The notes under the pieces are model-generated. The model had not been told where the DNA came from. It ran no database searches and saw only the letters and a list, made by a program, of their open reading frames with translations. This document shows positions 48,377 through 61,834 of a stretch of DNA of 64,000 bases, piece by piece. A program made the translations under genes and the position numbers. Source of the stretch: Sminthopsis crassicaudata (lineage: Eukaryota). Location: the NCBI RefSeq assembly GCF_048593235.1, contig NC_133619.1, positions 604,354,558 through 604,418,557 on the forward strand. The letters run 5' to 3'. The first letter of the stretch is position 1. Every line of letters begins with the position of its first letter.

Positions 48377-49993
48377 AAAAAGGAGGCAAAAAGAAGTTCC
48401 AGTTGCAGGTTTGAGTTTGAATTCCTCCATTGACTATGTGATCTTGGAGAAGTCCCTTGGATTGTTTGTACTCAATTTCTTCATTTGTAAAATGAGATGG
48501 GAGGAGATGAGAGAAGAGGGGAGACAGGTGAGGTGGGTGGAGATGCTAATGTCTGCTACTAGGAATACCAGCCCCTGTTGTGCTGTGCAGCCTCAGACTA
48601 AACTAATCACTCTGAATCTCAGTTTCCTCAGTTATAACATTGACATCCTGATTTATATCTGGCCACTGGATCCACATGGCTCTGGAAGGAAAAGTGAAGC
48701 AAGTGACCTCCCTCCCTTAGGCAGCCTTCCCTCCCTTAAACCCAACTCACCTTAAATCCAATGTCATGGAATCATCTCCCTGATGTCAGGGTTTTCTTCA
48801 AGAAAGAAAGACAAATAACAATACTAACAGAAAAATCCCTATTAAATTTCCCTTAAATAGATTGTTTGAGGATGAAGAAGAAAACAAAATAGATGGGCAA
48901 GCTCCCTGAACGGGTGATTTGTTGGTCTAGCGTTAAGGAGTATTATTAATATTAATAACATTCACTTAGGGCTTTATGGTTACAAAGCACTTTCTATTCT
49001 TGGTCTCATTTAGCCTACATGTCATCTCTGTAAGAAAAGCAGAACAAGTATTAGAATCCCTATTTTACAAATGGAGAAACTGAGGTTATTATTAAAATAA
49101 GATTGGATGGAGAAGGCAGAAGGGGACTTCATGTTTTAAGATAAGAATGCACGCTGAACTACCCACAGAAAACCCCTGCTCCCTCCCTCAACTGCCTGAA
49201 ATGCTCTCCTGCTGTCAGCCCTGCCCAACCACTCAGGTCTCAAGGACACAGCTTGACCCCCGGATGCTCAGTCCCAAGGTGAAGGCCCAGCTGGATTCTG
49301 CCTTATCCATGGAAGGTAGGGGCAGATCACACGTGGAGAAGACCAGGGCTGGAGGGGGAGGCTGGGGGCTTGCCTTGGGTCCCAGTGTGCCCCTCCCCAT
49401 GTCTGCCATGCAGAAAGCAGAGTTCTAGGTCAGATATCTGTGCTAATTGTTCTCTCCCCACCCCCAACCTTAAGGCCCTGTGGTTGTCACTTCCCTCAGT
49501 TTGACACCTTATTCACCCAACACCCAGCAGCCTGTCAGTCAGAAAAGACAGAATGGTAATGGCTTCACACCCCAGAGGTGGGGGAACCTGTGGTTTGGGG
49601 AGCGAAGTCACTGAGATAGGTGTTGCTTCCAGCTCAGATAGCTGCAGGAGCTGTCTCAAAGCCATTGTATCGTCCACCATCCATCTTCTGAGCCCTGGGG
49701 AGGAAATAGATTGCCAAGATAGCAGCAGAACTTGTCAGAAGGTTATCTTGCCCACCTTCCTGCCCCTGCCCCTGCAGCCAGATGGGTGGGGGAGGAAAGA
49801 ATGCACATTTTTGGGTTGGATCAGTCAACCTGTCACAGAGACAAGAAGGCCAGGGTTCAAATTCTGGCTTCTGTTTCTAGCTGGTTCTGAAATCTCTCAC
49901 AAGGTCACTTCTGATCTCTGGACTCAGTTTTCTGGTCTTTTAAATAAGGAATTCAATCTAGATGATCCCTTCCAATTCTGGCATTCTTCTTTC

Positions 49994-51060
49994 TAAGGTC
50001 CTTCCCGTCTCTGACATTCTGTGTTTTGAAATACTTCCAAGTTTTGACATTTCTATCTTTCAAGGTACCTCCGCAACCTGAACATTCTATGTTCTAAGAT
50101 ATTTATAATCTCTACAACTTATGTTCTAAGAACTTTCTCATCTCAGACAGCCTGTTTTAAAACATCCCCCACCTTAGAAATTTTGTGTTCTAAGTTCTTC
50201 TACATCTCTGACATTCTCTGTTCTAAAGCCTTTCCCATCTCTGACATTCTGTTCTAAGGTCTTTGTATGTATGTCTGATATTCTGAACTCTGAAGTCCTT
50301 CCTATTTCTGACATTCTGTGTTATGAGTTCTGTCTCATCTCCAACCTTCTCTGTTCTAAGATCCTTCCCGTCTCTAACATTCTGTGTTTTGAGATACTTC
50401 CAAGTTCTGACATTCTGTCTTCCAATGTACCTCTAGAACCTGAACATCCCATGTTCTAAGATATTTCACATTTCTAACATTCTATGTTCTAAGAACTTTC
50501 CCATCTCTGACATTCTGTTGTAAAGTATCTCCCACCTTAGAAATTTTGTATTCTAAGATCTTTCCCATTTCTGAGGGAAATTCTGTGTTCTAAAGTCCTT
50601 CTCATTTCTGACATTCTATGTCCTAAGGTCTTTGTATATCTGACATTCTGTGCTCTGAGATCCATTCCATCTCTGATATTCCATGTTCTAAAGTCCTTCC
50701 CATCTCTGACATTCTGTGTTCTAAAGTCCTTCCCATTTCTGACATTCTATGTCCTAAGGTCTTTGTATATCTGACATTCTGTACTCTGAGATCCATTCCA
50801 TCTCTGATATTCCATGTTCTAAAGTCCTTCCCATCTCTGACATTCTGTGTTCTAAGGTCCTTCCCATTTCTGACATTCTATGTCCTAAGGTCTTTGTATA
50901 TCTTACATTCGGTGCTCTGAGATCCATTCCATCTCTGATATTCCATGTTCTAAAGTCCTTCCCATCTCTGACATTCTGTGTTCTAAGGTCCTTTCCATTT
51001 CTGACATTCTATGTTTCTAAGGTTCTAAGTTCCCAAGCCCTGACCATTCTCTGTCCTAAG
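49994..51060 (+). repeat. ~33-bp minisatellite (~32 units) extending a MIR3-type SINE tail, with higher-order repeats
   Basis: Monomer ~TAAGGTCCTTCCCATCTCTGACATTCTGTGTTC follows a CORE-SINE at ~49845-49993. 363-bp period in the left part; 131-bp period three times at 50591-50983. Confidence 0.9.
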
Positions 51061-51879
51061 GTTTCTGCCTAACCTGCTCACCACATGACATTGGCAGAGC
51101 CATTGGCTTCAGCCCTGCTGCCACAAATCAGCCTTTTATTAAACTTATCCATCTGCAAAAAAGCAATGGGCGATGCCCTATTGAGGGCATCAAGTCCATG
51201 GTCATTTGGTGGAACCTCATATTGAGGAGGTTTTATGAGTCCATTTCCTGTAACACCGCAGGGTTTGAAAAGATTCTTTCCTTACAACAATCCAAGGCGG
51301 GCAGAAGCTGGGGGACATGTAGTACAAGTATCATTATGCTCATTTTCTAGATAAGAAAACCAAATCCCAGAGAAGTAAAATGATGCCCTCAGCTGATAAA
51401 TATCTGACCCAGGACTCAACCCCAGCTTCCAGCATCAGTACATAGTGCTACCTATGAACCAACCAAGGTGCCATACCGAAAATGAGCATTCATGCTGGGA
51501 GTATTGAGTGAATAGGTGTCAGGCTAATGGAGGTGTCAACCACAGAGAGAGTGGCAGGATAAGCCCAGGTACCTGCCCCTTGAGCTTGACTTTCTGCATG
51601 ACAGGAATGAAGAGGGGCCCTCTGAGACCCTTGGGCCAGCCCCCAGCCTCTCCTTCTGGGTCTGCCCCTCTATGTGCCTTCCAACTTATTCATTCCATGA
51701 ACAAATCCAGGAACTGGAGAGGGCTTAAACTCCAGGCCTGAGGATCCATTGAACAAGCTGTGACTTTGAGGCAGAGTTGAGAGTGGTGGAGTATTTTAGG
51801 TGGAGGGAGGAAACAGGGCTTCCTGTATCACTTCCTTATGAGCTATTGATAAAATCATCTGTTTCTACTCTCCCTTTCC

Positions 51880-52600
51880 TTTTTCCTCCTTTACTTCTTT
51901 TTAAAAATTGTAAAAATAGCTTTTTATTTTTAAAACACATGCAAAGACAGCTTCCAGCACTTATCTTTGTAAAACTTTGTACTCCAAACCTTTCACCCTC
52001 TTTTCTCCCACCCCCTCCCCTAAACAATCCAATACAGGCTAAACATGTGCAATTCTTCTATTCGTATTTCCACAGTTATCATGTTGCACAAGAAAAATCA
52101 GATCAAAAAAGAAACAAATGAGAAAGAAAAAAGCAAGCGAACAACAATAAAAAGGTGAAAATACTATGATGTGCTCCACATTCAGTCCCCACAGTGCTCT
52201 TTCTGGATGCAGACGGCTCTCTCCATCACAAATCTATTGAAACTGGCCTGAATAATCTCATTATTGAAAAGAACCAAGTCCATCACAGGTGATCATTACA
52301 TAATCTTGTTGTTGCCCTGTACCATGAACTCCTGATTCTACTCATTTCACTTCACATCAGTTCCTGTAAGTCTCTCCAGAACTCTCTGAAATCATCCTGC
52401 TGCTCGTTTCTTATAGAACAATAATATTCCATAACATTCATATACTATAATTTATTCAGCTGTTTCCCAGATGATGGTCATCCACAGTTTCCAGTTCTTT
52501 GCCATTACAAAAAGAGCTGCTACAAATATTTTTGCACTCGGGACCTTTTCCCTTTTTTATGATCTCTTTGGGATACAGACCCAGTAGAGATTCTGCTGGC
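51880..52600 (-). mobile_element. L1 ORF2 end and 3' UTR
   Basis: Reverse L1 3' UTR motifs. ORF 52456-52638 includes LLGLYPKEIIKKGKGP. Confidence 0.8.
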
Positions 52601-53024
52601 TCAACATTTTCTTTTCTCTTGCCCGGCTCTCCTTTCATCTCTCAAATCCTTCCCTTAGTTCATCTTCTTGAGGCACTTACAGATCATTGGATCACAGACC
52701 TAGAACTAAAAGGACCAATACAGAACTTGCTTAACACATTGACTGTCACATAGTAGGTGCTTAATAAATGTTTATTGGTTGATTTATTGAATCTGACTTC
52801 TTCATCTTACAAATGAAATGAAGCTCAGTTAGGGAAAGTTACTAGCCCAAGATCACACAGGGGATAGGGATGAGAGTCAGAGTCAGGATTTGAACCCAGG
52901 ACCAAGGCTTTCCACTTCACTAAAACTGACCAGTCACTAAAACTGTGTGAGGTATATTTTACACTCTCTTCCCTGAAGTTCATCATCATAGCTTATTAGA
53001 GTTGATAGGGGACTTAAAAACAGG

Positions 53025-53215
53025 CCTTAGAACACAGTGTGTCAGAGCTAGAGGAGGCTTTAGAATAGGGAATGTCAGACCTGGGAGGGTCCTTAAATTA
53101 CAGGATGTCAGAGCTGGGAAGGCCTTTAGAACACAGGATGCCAGAGCTGGGAGGATCCTTAGAACTCAGGATGTCAGAGCTAGGAGGAGTAATGGAACAC
53201 AGAATTTTAGCTGGA
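53025..53215 (-). repeat. Short array (~5-6 units) of the same 33-bp monomer, inverted relative to 49994-51060
   Basis: Units such as TTAGAACACAGGATGTCAGAGCTGGGAAGGCCT are reverse complements of the main array monomer. Confidence 0.8.
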
Positions 53216-53559
53216 GTTCAACCCATTCAACTTTTAAAAAGCTTTAATTGGATCTATTTCTGGCCCTTCACAGGTCCTGGATCCTAGTGGGCAGGGATCT
53301 TTTTGTTCCCATCAGCTACCTGTGTTATGTTTTGTATAAAACAAGTCATAGTATTTATTGCATAAGTGTTCTTAATAAAGATTCTGTGCTAGGTATTATT
53401 AGAAAGAGAGTTGGAAACTAGATTGACCTAACTGAAGTCCCATTCCCTCTGTAAAGCTTTCTGGGACTAGCCAGACCTTGTCAATCTCTCTTGTCATTGA
53501 ATTCCTAAAGTGCTTAAAATCCGAACTGTGTTATGTAACATGGATTTTGTACTTTATCC

Positions 53560-53710
53560 AATATTGTTGTCCTAGAGGAAACCTCCTATTCCTATTAGTT
53601 GCAGTTTTAAACATAGTCCCCTTCTGGTCTGCCCTGATCAGACCACAGCTGGGGTATTTAGTTCTGAGTACCACATTTCAGAAAGAGAATTGACAAACTG
53701 GAAAGTACAT
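53560..53710 (+). mobile_element. L3/CR1 RT fragment
   Basis: Degenerate SALIRPQLGY...FQKEIDKLE-like coding remnant, typical of CR1/L3 ORF2. Confidence 0.55.
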
Positions 53711-54104
53711 AATGGAGAGTGACTAGGTTGATTTTCACCCAAGAGAATGGAATGGGGTGGAGAATTGGACTCTGAATTAATTTTTAATTTTTTTATTCAT
53801 TTAATATTTTCCCCAGTCACATGCAAAACAATTTAAAAACTTTTTCCCCTGAGGCAATTGGGGTTAAGTGACTTGCCCAGAGTCTCATAGCTAGGATGAG
53901 TTAGGTGTCTGAGGTCAAATTTGAATTCAGGTCCTCTTGACTTCAGAGCTGGTGCTCTATCCACTGCACCACCTAGCTGCCCCCATTCACAATTTAAAAA
54001 CCACTTGTGAAGTTATGCAAAACATTTCTATAAAAGTCAAATTGTGAAAAAAAACCCCACCATAGATCTCTCACTCTAATGAAAATAAAAACCCTCAAGA
54101 AAAA

Positions 54105-54108
<4 letters not shown>

Positions 54109-54170
<62 letters not shown>
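54109..54170 (+). repeat. (GA)31 microsatellite inside an old minus-strand L1
   Basis: Perfect dinucleotide run. Confidence 0.95.
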
Positions 54171-54174
<4 letters not shown>

Positions 54175-54609
54175 TTCTATCTGTATTCAGACATAATCAG
54201 TTCCTTCTCTGGGCATGAATAGGATTTTTCATCATAAGTCCTTCAGAGTAGTAGTGGATCATGTAGTTGTGGATCATTATATTGCTGGGAATAGCAAAGT
54301 CATTTGCATCATCCTAAAACATTGCTATTACTTTATATATAATACATTTCACTTTGCTTGAATTCATGAAGGACTTTACAGGTTTTTTTTTCCTTAAAAG
54401 CATACTGTTCATCATTTCCCATATAGCAATAATATTCCATCATAAACACACACTGTAGTTTATTGAACCATTCACCAAATGATGGGTATCCCCTCAATTT
54501 CCATTTTTTTTGCCCAGAGAAGAGAGTTGTTATGAATATTTTTGTTCATATGAGAACCTGAATTAAAAGACCTAGGTTTGAATATCACTATTAACTTTAT
54601 TGCCTCCCC

Positions 54610-55925
54610 TCGTAGATCACTGCCTAGTTGTGGCTCAATGAAACCATGGATTATGCTGTGCAGGGTTAACCAAGACAGAGGGGTTATAAGGGAGAGTGTT
54701 TAATATATGCAAAATATGCTTCTGAAAAAAAAGAAAATAGCAAATAATTCCAGTATCTTTGCCAAGAAAACCTCATGGTTAGTACTAAAATAGTAAAAGG
54801 CATGACATTGAAAGAAGAGCACTGTAACGTGCTCTCTTGGCAGTTACAATTACTAGTCTGTCCTATATCCACCAGAGTACCTTTGACCACTGTCCTTTGC
54901 AGTGTGAGCTCTACCCGGCTCGCCTCCTCTGAGGCCTTCTAAGGTCTCTGGCCACAATCTCTTGAATCTATAGCTTAGTAACCGGTAGCGCACTCAAGAA
55001 CAACCACATGTAATCTTAAAAGCCTTTATTATACCTACTCACATAATGCCCTAACTGATGCCCTGACTTGTTGGTTCCCGAGTGAACACCTGGTCAGAAG
55101 ACCCATGTGTTCACTACCAAAACCCTTACCTCTTTTGGCTACCCATCTTGGCTTGGCCACCCAGGCTGGGGAGCCAGGGTGAACAGCACGAGGTTAAAGA
55201 GGGCGGTTGCTGCCTGCAGTGGGCTTACATAGGGCCTGTGAGGTCACACACACAGCCAATCAGCGAGAGAGTCACCCATTACGAAGCTATCTCAATATGG
55301 CCAGGATCCCGCCCAAGGGCAGTCCTAATATCCACAGAAATTATTTCTGGGCCTCAATCTCCCGATGCACTGTGTCCGCCCATTTAAAGGGCCCTTACAG
55401 AGCACCTCAGATCAGAAGATGTCCAACATACTACTGGGGAAGAGCAAAGGAAAAAGATAAGGAAGTTGAGAAAGAATGAAACAGCTGGGCCAGAGCCAAA
55501 AGGAAGCTCAGCCATGGATATATCTGGTGTTGAAAGGAAAGTCTGATGCTGTAAAGATCAATATTGCACAGAAACTTGGAATGTAGGATCTATGAACCAA
55601 GGTAAACTGGACATAGTCAAATAGGGGATGGAAAAATTAAACTTTAGCTTCTTCAGTGTTAATGAATTTAAATGGACAGGAATGGGTGAATTTAATTCTT
55701 AAATATTTTGGCCACATAATGAGAAGACAGGACTCATTGGAAAAAGACCCTGATGTTGGGAAAGATTAGGGAAAAGGAGAAGGGAATAAAATGGACAGAT
55801 AGTGTCATGGAAATAAGAGGTATAATCTTGGACAGATTTCAAGTAATAGGGGAGCATAAAAAGACCTGGTATGCTATGTCCATTGGGTCACACAGAGTTG
55901 GAGATGACTGAATGACTGAACAATT
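54610..55925 (+). mobile_element. Internally deleted RTE-derived element (WALLSI-like) interrupted by a solo LTR
   Basis: RTE 5' part (GATCACTGCC...CTTTGCCAAGAAAACC), endonuclease remnant (TGGAATGTAGGATCTATGAACCAAGG) joined directly to the RT 3' end and a TGACTGAA tail. Confidence 0.7.
54823..55399 (-). mobile_element. Solo LTR (577 bp), probably ERV class II
   Basis: TGTAA...TTACA termini, 6-bp TSD GAGCAC (54817-54822, 55400-55405), minus-strand AATAAA 55030-55025, CCAAT box ~55256, many intact CpGs. Confidence 0.9.
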
Positions 55926-56599
55926 AACTTACTTTGGGCTATCAGGCAAGTCACATCCTGCTTTGAGCTTGTCCCACCTTGTAAATCAGAGAATTTTATT
56001 TCTCTGTTCTAGTTACAGAGCTAGCTGTGATGGTAGTGTATGGAATACTGGGCCTGTAATCAAGTCCTGAGTTAAAATCTGACCTCAGATACTTACTAGA
56101 TGTGTGATCCTGGGTAAGTCACTTAAACTTAGTTTCCTCAACTATCAAATGAAGATAATAATGGCACCTTGCAAGGTTGCTGTGAGCATCGAAAGAGATA
56201 ATATTTATAAAATATACTTAGCATAGTACTTAACAAAAATGGGCACTATTCCCTTCAGTATCCTGTGGGCCCCTTTTCAGCTATGGTCCATAATCTTATC
56301 GAGGAAAGGAAATAAATGCATTTCCTTCTAAGTTTTTAGAATATATGTGTGAAAGGAAATAAATGCATTTCCTTTATCACTAGAATATATGTGTAAAAAG
56401 CATTATTGAAGAGGCATCTTTAGGGATCTCCCTCCCAAGAACAACCTGTCTATTCTGTTAATTCTACCCTTTTCTGTCCTCTCTTGAAGTTTTCCCTGTA
56501 AATCAAACCTTTTCTTACCCTAATTTTCATTCTCTCCTAATCTACTGTTCCTTAACACCTACAAACATGCCTACCTTTTTCCCATCTCAAAAAGCCTTT

Positions 56600-57970
56600 A
56601 CATGGAACTGCTCCAACAATCCCAGAGAGCAATTTGGAATTATGCCCAAAGGGCTATAAAACCATGCATAGACTTTGATCAAGCAATAACACTACTAGGT
56701 CTATATTTCAAAGAGATCATAAAAAAGGGAAAAGGACTCACATCTATAAAAATATTTATAGCAGCTCTTTTTCTGTTGGCAAGGAATTGGAAACTGGGGG
56801 ATGCCCATCAATTGGGGAATAGCAGAACAAGTTATGGTATATGAATCTAATGGAATATTACTATGCTATAAGAAATGATGACTAGTCACTAAGGTTCTAC
56901 CTCTTATGGGAAGCCTTTGCTGGTCCCCCAATTGTTCATTCTCTCCCCCATTTCAAGTTATATTGTATTTACTAATCTGCATAAATACTTAGAACAGAAT
57001 AGGGAGTCTTGAAGGCTACTTTTTTTTGTCCTGAATATTTAAAATTAAAGCACAGCACCTTGCTTATATTATGTATTTGATCAATGTTTATTAAATTAAA
57101 AAAAAAGAAATGATGAACAGACAGAATTCAGAAAAATCTGGAAAGATTTATATGAATTGATGCTGAATGAAGTGAGCAGAACCAGAATACAGTAACAGCA
57201 ACATTGTGTGATGATCAACTTTAATAGACTTTGCTCTCCTTAGAAATACAATGATCCATTATTTACTTCAACAACAATACTGTATGAGGATGTATTGTGA
57301 TGGAAGTGGATATCTTCAACAAAGAGAAGATCTAACTCAGATCCAATTGATCACTGATGGACAGAATCAGCTACACCCAGAGAAGGAACACTGGGAAATG
57401 AGTGTAAACTGTTTGCACTTTTGTCTTTCCCCCCAGCTTAATTTTACGTTCTGAATCCAGTTCTTGTGCAACAAGAAATTTGGTTCTGCACACATATATT
57501 GTATCTAGGATATACTACAACACATTTTAATATGTATGGGACTGCCTGTCATCTAGGAGAGGGGGGTGGAGAGAAGGAGGGGAAAATTCGGAACAGTAGT
57601 GAGTGCAAGGGATAATGTTGTAAAAAATTACCCAAACATACGTACTGTCAAAAAAAAGTTATAATTATAAAATTAATAAAAATGTATATTAAAAAAAGAA
57701 ATACAATAATCCAAGGCAATTTTAAAAGGCTTGTGATAGAAAATGGCATCCACATCCGGAGAAAGAACTGTGAGTTTGAGTATAGATCAAAGCATACTAT
57801 TTCCACAGCTTTGGTTTTTTCCTTTCTCCTGGTTTTCCCTTTTTGTTTTGATTCTTCTTTCACAGTAAGACTAATGTAGAAATATGATTGATATGATTGT
57901 ACATGTATAACCTATGTCAGATTATTTGCTGTCTTGGAGAGAGAGAAGGGAGAAAAATTTGGAACTCAAA
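56600..57970 (+). mobile_element. L1 3' region with a second nested L1 3' end (57259-57696)
   Basis: ORF2 C-terminus (ORF track 56602-56844). Nested copy flanked by the 17-bp TSD AGAAATACAAT(G/A)ATCCA at 57242-57258 and 57697-57713. Confidence 0.8.
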
Positions 57971-60900
57971 ATCTTATAAAAGTGAATTGCAAACAACCAA
58001 AGAAAAATCTTCACATGATCCTATCCTATTACCAAGCTATTCTGCTACATCACTCCTCCTATAGCCTAGAAATAGCCGCCTACTTTAGCTCCATTTTCTT
58101 TATCACCCTCTCCCTTCGTATCCCACAAATCTGGTTTCTGTCAGCACCACTCAATTGACACTACTTTCTCCAAGGTTGCCAATGACTCCTTATCTCCTAA
58201 TCCAAAGGTCTGTGTTCAGTCCTTTTTTGGGGGGAGTGGGGGAAGGCAATTGGGGTTAAGTGACTTGTCCAGAGTCACACAGCTAGGAACTGTGAAATAT
58301 CTGAGGTTGGATTTGAACTCAAGTCCTCCTGACTTCAGGGCTGGTGCTCTATCCACTGCCCCACCTCATCCTTTTTTGAACCCTGCAGAACTGTTACTTT
58401 TTATCACCCTTCCTAGACATTATACATTTCACTATACATTGTTACATGTCCTACCACATATATAAGAAATAATAACAGCCACTACTACTATAATAATAAT
58501 TGCAATAAAGACCACCATCATCATAATAATCACTTTATATAGTATACTACTATATAGTATGTTAAGATATATCAATCTGGAATCTACAGCATCCATAAGA
58601 GTAATTATAGCTAGAATTTAGACAATCCACTTTCTACAAGAAGCACTTCTCCACCTTCCTAATGTTAATGTCTTCCCTTTGTTGATCATCCCCAACTTAT
58701 ACATAGTTACTTGCATGTTGTCCCTTGTTGTTACACTCGGAACTCCTGGAGAGCAGGAACTGTCTTTTTAGTTTTCTTTGTGTGAAAATTGTATCTTGTT
58801 TTGGTGCCTTTGATCCCCATTCTAGTCAGTGGAGTAGCCAGCATAAAAGGGCAATAGCCAAAACAAATTGCAAAGGGGAACCTGGAAGTCACATACCAAC
58901 TGTCCCAAAGATCAAAAGAGCAAAATTTACAAATTGCTTCATCTATTAGCTAAAATTCACATCCTGGTACTACACGCTGAATCAGTAGAGATTGCTTTAA
59001 GCACTGATGTCAGGGTTCTGTTCTATGATATATAAATTTCAGACACATTCCAGATTGCCATCATTCCAGACTAGTAGAACAGAAACAAGTGCTGCTGATA
59101 ACTTTCAGATGACATGGATATGTTAATTTTGAAGTTTTACGAATAACTTTGAGATGATTTGGATTTGTTAATAAATTAATCCCAAGATAGCACAGATAGG
59201 AGCTGATCTCTTTTCCCCCAAGAAACCTATAAAAGTGCGGTCTCAAGTTCCTGTCCTCCAGCCTTTTTCCTTCTCCATCAAGTTCATACATCTGAGTGCT
59301 CCCAACTCTAATCCATATTTATGTAAGTAATATTCTCTGTTTCTCCCCACTTTTCCTCATCCTTTTCCTCATGATGCCTTATTTTACCATCTCATTCCTC
59401 CTTCCATCCCCAAGCCACACTGCCTGCCTCTATGTACCTATGACTGATTGTCTCTATGCCTAAAATGTGATTGCTATCTCCATTTTCCACTGCATATAAT
59501 AGTCTTTTCTGGCAAGTACCCAAAGAATTGGTCATGTGTTCTATTTCATAATTTCATAAATTAATTACCAACTCACTTTGCATAGTGTCTGGTATATCAT
59601 AGGTGCTTAATAAATGTTTGTTGATTTGACTTTACACTATTCCAAATGTGGTCTGACCACATTTGGCAGACTGCAAAGTCCTTCTTGAAAACTGTACCCC
59701 TCTTAAGAAGACCTTTTGACTGCCTCACCATAATTAAATTGAGCTGGAAATCTACTCAAGCCTCTAGATTTTTTTCCAGCCAAATTACTAGCTAGCTATC
59801 TGCCTAGCTTTGTGAAAAATTTGATGAGCATACCATCTATGCCCTCATCCAAATAATTGATTAAAATATTAAAAAGCATAGGACCAAATACAGAATCCTA
59901 GGGCACTCCACTGAAGGCCTTTCTAAAACATGGCTCTGAGATCTGAAGATAATACTTTAGATAGTATGTATGCATATACACACATAGTAAAGTCAACTCA
60001 GTTTTTAAAAAAATTTCAATTAAACACAAAATTTTTTAACATTTATTTTTAAACAATAACTTTTTATTTTCAAAATATATGCAAAAATAGTTTTCAACAT
60101 TCACCCTTGCAAAACTTTGTATTCCAAATTTTTCTCCCTCCCTTCTTATCTCCCCCCTCCCTTACAGAGCAAGTAATCCAATATATATTAAACATGTGCA
60201 ATTCTCCGATACATATTTCCACATTTCATGCTGCACAAGAAAAATCAGATCAAAAAGGGAAAAAATGATAAGGAAAAAAGAGGAAGCTAACAACAACAAA
60301 AGATGAAAATACTATGTTGTGACCCACACTCAGTCCCCATAGTCCTCTCTCTCAATGCAGATGACTCTCTCCATCACATGGAATTGGCCTGAATCATCTG
60401 ATTATTGAAAAGAGTCACATCCATCACAGTTGATCATCCGATAATCTTGTTTCTGTGTAAAATGTTCTCTTGGTTCTACTCACTTCACTTAGCATCATTT
60501 CATGTAAGTCTCTCCAAGCCTCTCTGAAATCATGCTGCTGGTTGTTTCTTTTAGAACAATGATATTTCATAACAAAACTATGCCATAACTTATTCAGCCA
60601 TTCCCTAATTGATGGGTATCCACTCAGGTTCCAGTTCTTTGTCACTACTAAAAGGGCTGCTGAAAACATTTCTGCACATAACCTTCATTTTATTTTTTTA
60701 TTGTAGTACGTTTAATTTTTAATATGTATTTTAATACACATTGCTTTATGAATCATATTGGGAGTGAAAAATCATGGCAAAAGGGAAAATATGAGAAAGT
60801 TTAAAAAAACAGAAAAAAGCGAATGTAGCATGTGTTGATTTATATTGTCTCAGTTCTTTTTTTCTGGATGCAGATGGAATTTCTCATCTAAAGTCTATTG

Positions 60901-61629
60901 GAATTGCTTTAGATCACTGAACTACTGAAAAGAACAAAGTCTTTCATAGCTATCATTGCACATTCTTGCTGTTATCGTGTACAAGGTATTCATTGTTCTG
61001 CTTGTTTCTTTCACCATCAGTTCATGACAAAACCTTCATTTAATGATAAATGTTGGGGGGGGATGTGGGAAAACTGGGACACTAATGCATTGTTGGTGGA
61101 GTTGTAAAATGATCCAGCCATTTTGAAGAGCAATTTGAAACTATGCTCAAAGGGCTAGCAATTATTAAAGAGGGGAAAAGACTCACATATTACAATATGT
61201 TTGTAGCAGCTCTTTTTGTGGTGGCAAAGAATTGGAAAGTGAGTAGATCCTCATCAACTGGGGAATGGCTGAATAAGTTATGGTATATGAAAGTAATGGA
61301 ACATTCTTATTCTATAAAAATGATGATTTACATGAACTGATGCTGAGCAAAACAAACACAAACAGGAATACATTGTACACAGTAACAGTAAGATTGTGTG
61401 ATGATCAACTATGAAAGACTTGGTTCTTCTTAGCAGTTCAGTGATCCAAGCCAATCCCAATAAAATTTTGGCTACAAAATGCCATCTGTGTTCAGAGAGA
61501 GAACTATGGAGGATGAATGTAAATCAACATATGTTATGTCTACTTTTTTTTTTTTTTTTTCTTTCATGGCTTTTTCCTTTCGTTCTGGTTTTTTTCTCTC
61601 AATATGTTTGTTTCATAAAGAAACATATT

Positions 61630-61780
61630 GGGGCAGCTAGGTAGCGCAGTGGATAGAGCACCAGCCCTGAATTCAGGAGGACTTGAGTTCAAATGTGATC
61701 TCAGACACTTAACACTTCCTAGCTGTGTGACCCTGGGCAAATAACTTAACTCCAGCCTCAGAAAAAGGAAAAAAAAAAAA
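61630..61780 (+). mobile_element. WSINE1-type SINE inserted in an L1 3' UTR
   Basis: GGGGCAGCTAGGTAGCGCAGTGGATAGAGCACCAGCCCTG head, B-box GAGTTCAAAT, A-rich tail. Confidence 0.85.
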
Positions 61781-61834
61781 GAAGAAGAAATATGTAAAGA
61801 ATACATGTATAATATATATGTATAAATGAAATAC

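Noticed and set aside
49553-49760. Possible minus-strand exon (acceptor TTTCCTCCCCAG) in a GC-richer patch
   Set aside because: The donor is weak, the ORF-track frame ends in a stop, and there is no recognisable homology.
49994-51060. 33-bp periodic array as a CRISPR array
   Set aside because: Contiguous monomers without unique spacers, no cas genes, mammalian context, and the monomer is a SINE tail.
49994-51060. Array as part of the marsupial X-inactivation RNA RSX, which has arrays of ~34-nt units
   Set aside because: Only the unit length is suggestive. This array is ~1 kb, continues a MIR3-type tail and has relatives scattered through the window. I cannot compare it with the RSX monomer sequence.
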